From NCBI GenBank assembly GCA_000146045.2, contig BK006940.2:32001-96000 (forward strand): 64,000 nucleotides of DNA. Reading direction: 5' to 3'. Below the pieces are notes generated by a model. It was not told the DNA's origin, searched no databases, and was given only the letters and a program-made list of their open reading frames with translations. This DNA is from TPA_inf: Saccharomyces (Eukaryota). The position numbers were made by a program, and so were the translations under genes. Below are positions 58,986-64,000 of the stretch, one piece after another (positions within the stretch are counted from its first letter, which is position 1; the number at the start of each line of letters is the position of its first letter).

Positions 58986-61376
58986 ATGGATTTGTTAGCG
59001 GCCAGCGTAGAAAGTACGTTGAAAAATCTGCAAGATAAGAGAAACTTTCTTTCGGAACAAAGAGAGCACTATATAGATATCAGAAGCCGACTGGTTAGAT
59101 TTATCAATGACAATGATGATGGCGAAGAAGAAGGCGAAGGCCAAGGGATGGTGTTTGGTGATATCATAATTTCTACGAGTAAGATATATCTAAGTCTAGG
59201 CTATGAGTATTACGTTGAAAAGACCAAAGAGGAGGCCATCACGTTTGTTGATGATAAATTAAAACTAATGGAGGACGCCATTGAGCAATTTAACCTGAAG
59301 ATCGAAGAGGCTAAAAAGACCTTAGACAACTTGAATCACATGGAGGACGGAAATGGAATTGAAGAAGACGAAGCGAACAACGACGAAGATTTTCTGCCCT
59401 CTATGGAGATTAGAGAAGAACTAGATGACGAGGGAAATGTCATAAGTAGTTCCGTTACCCCTACAACAAAGCAACCATCACAATCGAATTCCAAAAAAGA
59501 ACAGACACCTGCAGTCGGTCCAAAGGAGAAAGGATTAGCAAAGGAGAAGAAATCAAAGTCATTCGAAGAAAACTTGAAAGGAAAGTTATTGAAAAGGAAC
59601 GATGAAGTAAAGAAAAAAGTGCAGCCATCTAAAGTAGATACAGAAAACGTGTATACATTTGCCGACTTGGTCCAACAGATGGACCAACAAGATGAATTGG
59701 AGGACGGCTATATTGAAACTGATGAAATAAATTATGATTATGATGCGTTCGAAAACTCCAATTTCAAAGTCAATGATAACTATGAAGAGGATGACGAGGA
59801 CGAAGATGAAGAAGAGTATCTAAATCATTCTATTATACCTGGCTTTGAAGCGCAGTCCTCATTTTTACAACAAATTCAACGCCTACGCGCACAAAAGCAA
59901 TCCCAAGATCATGAGAGGGAAGAAGGTGACGTTAATAAATCATTAAAACCTATTTTGAAAAAGTCTTCTTTTGCTGAGAATTCAGACAAAAAGCAGAAAA
60001 AGAAACAAGTCGGGTTTGCATCTTCTCTAGAAATTCACGAAGTCGAAAACTTGAAAGAAGAGAACAAGAGGCAGATGCAATCCTTTGCGGTGCCCATGTA
60101 TGAAACCCAGGAAAGCACAGGTATCGCTAATAAAATGACATCGGATGAGTTTGATGGTGATTTATTTGCTAAGATGTTGGGTGTCCAAGAGGCCGATGAA
60201 GTGCATGAAAAATATAAAGAGGAACTGATAAATCAAGAGAGACTTGAAGGGGAAGCAAGCAGGTCGAATAGAAGAACTAGGGTGTCCAGATTCCGGAAGG
60301 ATAGAGCTTCTAAAAAAGAAAATACGTTATCAACTTTCAAACAGGAAACGACAAGGTCAGTGGAGAACGAGGTAGTGGAAAAAGAGCCTGTTGTGGGGGA
60401 TATTATAGAAAAAGAACCTGTTGTGGGGGATGTTATAGAAAAAGAACCTGTTGTGGGGGATGTTATAGAAAAAGAGCCTGCTGTCACCGATATAGTGGAA
60501 AGGGAGCCTGCTGTCAACGATATAGTGGAAAGGAAGCCTGTTGTGGGGGATATTATAGAAAAAGAACCTACTATCAACGATATAGTGGAAAAAGAACCGG
60601 AAATTAACAGCAAGAGCGAGTTTGAGACTCCTTTTAAAAAGAAAAAGCTAAAATCACTGCAAAAACCAAGATCATCGAAATCAATGAAAAAAAAATTTGA
60701 TCCCAAAATTCTCGAAAATATAAGTGATGACGATTATGATGATGATGACGATGGTAATAAGAAACTTTTGTCCAACAAAAGTAAAAATAACACTGATGAG
60801 CAAGATAAATTTCCTTCAAAAATCCAAGAGGTGTCTAGGTCGATGGCTAAGACGGGCGCCACAGTAGGGAGTGAGCCGGTTAGAATTACAAATGTCGATT
60901 ATCACGCCCTAGGTGGAAACTTGGATGATATGGTCAAGGCATATTCATTGGGGTTATATGACGACGATTTAGAGGAAGATCCAGGAACCATAGTGGAAAA
61001 GCTCGAGGATTTCAAAGAATACAATAAGCAGGTGGAGTTGCTGCGTGACGAAATTCGAGACTTTCAACTAGAAAACAAGCCAGTGACGATGGAGGAGGAG
61101 GAAAATGATGGCAATGTTATGAATGATATCATTGAGCATGAATTTCCTGAAAGTTACACAAATGACGAGGACGAAGTAGCACTACATCCGGGCCGGCTAC
61201 AGGAAGAGGTTGCTATAGAGTACAGACGGTTGAAAGAAGCTACCGCGTCGAAATGGCAATCATCATCACCCGCCGCACACACTGAAGGCGAATTGGAGCC
61301 TATTGATAAGTTCGGGAACCCGGTCAAGACAAGTCGTTTCCGCTCTCAACGGCTCCATATGGACAGTAAACCATAA
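58986..61376 (+). CDS. BUD27: Prefoldin-like URI-family protein
   Basis: 796 aa. N-terminal prefoldin-like coiled coil, an acidic middle, and an internal 11-aa tandem repeat block. Confidence 0.9.
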   Translation: MDLLAASVESTLKNLQDKRNFLSEQREHYIDIRSRLVRFINDNDDGEEEGEGQGMVFGDIIISTSKIYLSLGYEYYVEKTKEEAITFVDDKLKLMEDAIEQFNLKIEEAKKTLDNLNHMEDGNGIEEDEANNDEDFLPSMEIREELDDEGNVISSSVTPTTKQPSQSNSKKEQTPAVGPKEKGLAKEKKSKSFEENLKGKLLKRNDEVKKKVQPSKVDTENVYTFADLVQQMDQQDELEDGYIETDEINYDYDAFENSNFKVNDNYEEDDEDEDEEEYLNHSIIPGFEAQSSFLQQIQRLRAQKQSQDHEREEGDVNKSLKPILKKSSFAENSDKKQKKKQVGFASSLEIHEVENLKEENKRQMQSFAVPMYETQESTGIANKMTSDEFDGDLFAKMLGVQEADEVHEKYKEELINQERLEGEASRSNRRTRVSRFRKDRASKKENTLSTFKQETTRSVENEVVEKEPVVGDIIEKEPVVGDVIEKEPVVGDVIEKEPAVTDIVEREPAVNDIVERKPVVGDIIEKEPTINDIVEKEPEINSKSEFETPFKKKKLKSLQKPRSSKSMKKKFDPKILENISDDDYDDDDDGNKKLLSNKSKNNTDEQDKFPSKIQEVSRSMAKTGATVGSEPVRITNVDYHALGGNLDDMVKAYSLGLYDDDLEEDPGTIVEKLEDFKEYNKQVELLRDEIRDFQLENKPVTMEEEENDGNVMNDIIEHEFPESYTNDEDEVALHPGRLQEEVAIEYRRLKEATASKWQSSSPAAHTEGELEPIDKFGNPVKTSRFRSQRLHMDSKP
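60372..60600 (+). repeat. Seven copies of a 33-bp in-frame tandem repeat inside BUD27
   Basis: The unit gtagtggaaaaagagcctgttgtgggggatatt encodes (V/I)(V/I)E(K/R)(E/K)P(V/A/T)(V/I)(G/T/N)D(I/V). Protein copies read VVEKEPVVGDI / IEKEPVVGDV / IEKEPVVGDV / IEKEPAVTDI / VEREPAVNDI / VERKPVVGDI / IEKEPTINDI. Confidence 0.9.
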
Positions 61377-61498
61377 CCCATATGGAGACAGAAAGTAAAT
61401 CAGAATCTATATTAACATATACGTATATATTTGTTTTGTGTACAATAACTACTACAAAATTGGGGACAGACGATATAAAACTAGAGGAACTGCTGAGC

Positions 61499-63010
61499 TT
61501 ATTCGTACAAGTCTTCGTCCAATCTAGCAGCAGGATTGGTTTCGATAAAGTCCAAAGAGACTTTATGACCTAACAGTTCTCTGATGTTTTGAACCTTATA
61601 TTTGATCATGGTAGGTCTTTCCAAGGATAACCCCCAACCAAGGACTCTTAGATCCTTTGGTAGACCCATGGACTCGAGCATTTCTGGTCTGAACATACCA
61701 GAGTTACCGATTTCGACCCATTTTTGCAAACCTTCGTGCCAAGAAAAGATTTCCATTGATGGCTCGGTGTAAGGATTGTAGGTAGGCTTGAATCTCAAAC
61801 CGGTGACACCCATTCTTTCGAAAAACTCTTCCATGAACTTGATCAGGTCACCCAGAGTAATGTTGTAGTCGGCAAGAACACCTTCCACCTGGTGGAATTC
61901 GGCCAAATGGGTGGCGTCAACTGCTTCGTTACGGAAAACACGGTCGATAGAAAACAATCTGGTGGGCTTTGGATCTTTGGCCAAATCGTGCAGCATTCTG
62001 GCAGAGATGGCTGTGGAGTGAGTTCTCAAGACCAATTTTTGACATTCTTCTGGCTTCCAGTTGTAACGATAACCGATGGACCCGAATCTCCCCTGTTCGT
62101 GAACGGCTTTGATATTGTCCATGTATGTCTTGTCATCGGGCAAGTCAGCGGTTAGTGGGTCCTTGATGTAGAAAGTGTCTTGCAGGTCACGAGCAGGATG
62201 CTGTTGTGGGACGTAAAGGGCATCGAAGTTCCAGAAACCTGTCTCGACGTATTGGTTCGAGGGCATCTCTGTGAATCCCATGGAAAAGAAAATTTGTCTA
62301 AATTCCTCTCTGACTTTGTTTAAGGGGTGAAGAGCACCTGAAGATATTTGCACACCTTGAGAATTGAAATTGTAAGGCTTGAACTTCAAGTCCTTGTATG
62401 CATTGGTGGAGACCATGTCGGAGGTAAGATCGGTTTCCAATTTGGTGAGGTCGGTCGAGAACTCTGGCCCTTTGGTAACGTTGAAATCTGTGATTTTACC
62501 TTGAGCAATTAACTTTCTTTTCTTCAAGTCGTTCAAAATCTTGGCGTCAATGCTATCCAGATGCGAGTTGTTCTTGATTTGCGCTAGAATAGATTGCGTT
62601 TCATCAGTAAGCTCATTTAAATCGGTATTTTGCAATTTTGCGGAGAGTTCAAGCTCGTTTGAGGCGTTTTTGGCGATCCAGCCGTTCTTGAAAGCTCTAG
62701 CCTGACCGACCTTACCAACTTGAGGACCCAGTTTGGACATCACATCTTTGATTTGAAGTTGACCCAACTCTTGGATGAGCTTGACTAGTTTAATTTCGTA
62801 CGAACCTTCATTCAAAATTTGAGCACCTTCTTTGGTCAAGTCATACGTAACCGTGTCGACCTTGGAAAACTCTAACTTGTTGTGGGCTTTCAAAGAGTTC
62901 AAAGCGGAAAGAACATCTTGAGAGCCGTGCTGAGGGAAAGTTGCCAGTGTGGACTTGATCTCATCCAATTCATCTAGTTTTTTTAGAATTTCTAATTGGA
63001 AGTCAGACAT
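61499..63010 (-). CDS. FRS2: Phenylalanyl-tRNA synthetase alpha (catalytic) subunit, cytoplasmic
   Basis: 503 aa. Class II aaRS motifs (…[12 protein letters not shown]…, …[12 protein letters not shown]…) and high codon bias. Confidence 0.93.
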   Translation of the reverse strand: MSDFQLEILKKLDELDEIKSTLATFPQHGSQDVLSALNSLKAHNKLEFSKVDTVTYDLTKEGAQILNEGSYEIKLVKLIQELGQLQIKDVMSKLGPQVGKVGQARAFKNGWIAKNASNELELSAKLQNTDLNELTDETQSILAQIKNNSHLDSIDAKILNDLKKRKLIAQGKITDFNVTKGPEFSTDLTKLETDLTSDMVSTNAYKDLKFKPYNFNSQGVQISSGALHPLNKVREEFRQIFFSMGFTEMPSNQYVETGFWNFDALYVPQQHPARDLQDTFYIKDPLTADLPDDKTYMDNIKAVHEQGRFGSIGYRYNWKPEECQKLVLRTHSTAISARMLHDLAKDPKPTRLFSIDRVFRNEAVDATHLAEFHQVEGVLADYNITLGDLIKFMEEFFERMGVTGLRFKPTYNPYTEPSMEIFSWHEGLQKWVEIGNSGMFRPEMLESMGLPKDLRVLGWGLSLERPTMIKYKVQNIRELLGHKVSLDFIETNPAARLDEDLYE

Positions 63011-63724
63011 CTTTACGTTAGGGGGTGAGAGAGGGAGGGGGGTGCCTTTAATGTATATATACGTAAGATATATATATATATGTATATATATGGAAATGTA
63101 TTCACAACTTTACATGTGCATTAACCACAAGTACTGCGTACGTTCAAGATTACAGCAATGCGTTTTATTAATTTTTCAAGCATTTTTCACGTAGAGAGGA
63201 ACAAAGTTTACTGAAAAGAAAAGAGGTAGAGAAAAACAGAAAAATTTTTTTTTTCTGTTTTTCCTGCCTCTTTTCTTTGTTTGATTCAATATGGTCGACC
63301 GGGTAAACCCCTGATAAAACGATACCAAAGCCGGGTCACCTAACTTATGGCCAAATGCGACCGGTCCCGCTTTCCGATTTTAGCCGGCGAAGACGTACTT
63401 GGCGCCATAATCAAAACCTAGCTTGCCCAATACTTCTGAGTTCTACGTGGTGCAAAAATATTTTTTTTTTTTTGAAAAACCTACCCTATTTCATTATAGA
63501 TGCATCCATCAGTATTACGGTGTCCTCACACAACCCTGTCTCTGCACAACGTAATACCTCCTTTTCCCGTCTGCTAGCTCTCATTTCGCGGTAATCCAAC
63601 TTCAACCAGCAACCCGGATCTTCTATACGCAGTCCGGTGTGTGGGTGCATGACTGATTGGTCCGGCCGATAACAGGTGTGCTTGCACCCAGTGCCCAACG
63701 TCAACAAAGCAGGAACAACGGGCT

Positions 63725-63756
63725 GATAAGGGAGAAGATAAGATAAGATAAGATAA
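63725..63756 (+). promoter_or_regulatory. Tandem GATAAG array (five GATAA cores) in the GAT1 promoter
   Basis: Sequence reads GATAAGggagaaGATAAGATAAGATAAGATAA, about 210-240 bp upstream of the GAT1 ATG. GATAA is the binding core of the NCR GATA factors Gln3, Gat1, Dal80 and Gzf3. Confidence 0.7.
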
Positions 63757-63965
63757 CAAATCATTGCGTCCGACCACAGGCCGACACATAGCAGAACGAT
63801 GTGAAGCAGCGCAGCATAGTGTTAGTGCCGGTGCAGCTACCGCTGGTATTAACAGCCACCACAATACAGAGCAACAATAATAACAGCACTATGAGTCGCA
63901 CACTTGCGGTGCCCGGCCCAGCCACATATATATAGGTGTGTGCCACTCCCGGCCCCGGTATTAGC

Positions 63966-64000
63966 ATGCACGTTTTCTTTCCTTTGCTTTTCCGCCCTTC
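63966..64000 (+). CDS. GAT1: GATA-family transcription activator, 5' end only (truncated by window edge)
   Basis: ATGCACGTTTTCTTTCCTTTGCTTTTCCGCCCTTC translates to MHVFFPLLFRP, matching my recollection of the Gat1 N-terminus. Position fits YFL021W. Confidence 0.55.
   Translation, partial: MHVFFPLLFRP

Noticed and set aside
60233-60706. 157-aa antisense ORF across the BUD27 repeat block
   Set aside because: It is generated by the repetitive sense-strand sequence. The repeat units read open on the opposite strand by chance.
63486-63967. Three overlapping minus-strand ORFs (63486..63764, 63574..63864, 63761..63967) in the FRS2-GAT1 intergenic region
   Set aside because: They lie in the GAT1 promoter, overlap each other in different frames, and include the GATAAG repeat. 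They are most likely non-coding.
1-64000. Search for CRISPR arrays, tRNA/rRNA genes, Ty or solo-LTR elements, and prokaryotic defence/operon structures
   Set aside because: There are no direct-repeat/spacer arrays, no tRNA-like cloverleaf candidates, and no Ty LTR termini (TGTTG…CAACA) of delta/sigma type. The sequence is eukaryotic nuclear DNA with introns, so prokaryotic system models do not apply.

Overview
This window reads as Saccharomyces cerevisiae nuclear DNA, left arm of chromosome VI, about 32-96 kb in S288C-type coordinates (window offset about 32,000). I recognise the run of proteins ALR2, SWP82, EMP47, RGD2, FMP32, SEC53, OTU1, LAM5 (YFL042C), FET5, YFL040W, ACT1, YPT1, TUB2, RPO41, MOB2, RPL22B, MIL1 (YFL034W), RIM15, HAC1, AGX1, CAK1, CAF16, GYP8, STE2, BST1, EPL1, BUD27, FRS2 and the first codons of GAT1, in that order. 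The positions of ALR2, FET5, ACT1, RPL22B, HAC1 and GAT1 all fit one constant offset from the reference coordinates I recall. I therefore see no sign of an inserted foreign or novel element. There are no CRISPR arrays, tRNAs, rRNAs, Ty elements or LTRs, and nothing prokaryotic.

Gene density is high, with about 30 protein genes. Three genes carry spliceosomal introns with canonical GTATGT/GTACGT, TACTAAC and YAG signals: ACT1, MOB2 and RPL22B. HAC1 carries its 252-nt unconventional intron, cut by Ire1 and joined by tRNA ligase. Both Ire1 stem-loop cleavage sites and the 5'UTR-intron pairing are visible in the sequence.

The most under-described element is a decayed sorbitol/xylitol-dehydrogenase (zinc-ADH family) gene relic between LAM5 and FET5. 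Its C-terminal piece coincides with the small ORF YFL041W-A. Other readable signals are the alpha2-Mcm1 a-specific operator and pheromone-response elements upstream of STE2, tandem Rap1 sites upstream of RPL22B, a GATAAG tandem array in the GAT1 promoter, an Aft1-like site upstream of FET5, a 33-bp in-frame tandem repeat in BUD27, CAG/CAA and GCN tracts in EPL1, an (AAT)n poly-Asn tract in RIM15, and several (TA)n microsatellites in convergent intergenic regions. I did not find an undescribed biological system here. Identifications rest on my recognition of the translated proteins and on features I could verify base-by-base. No database search was run.
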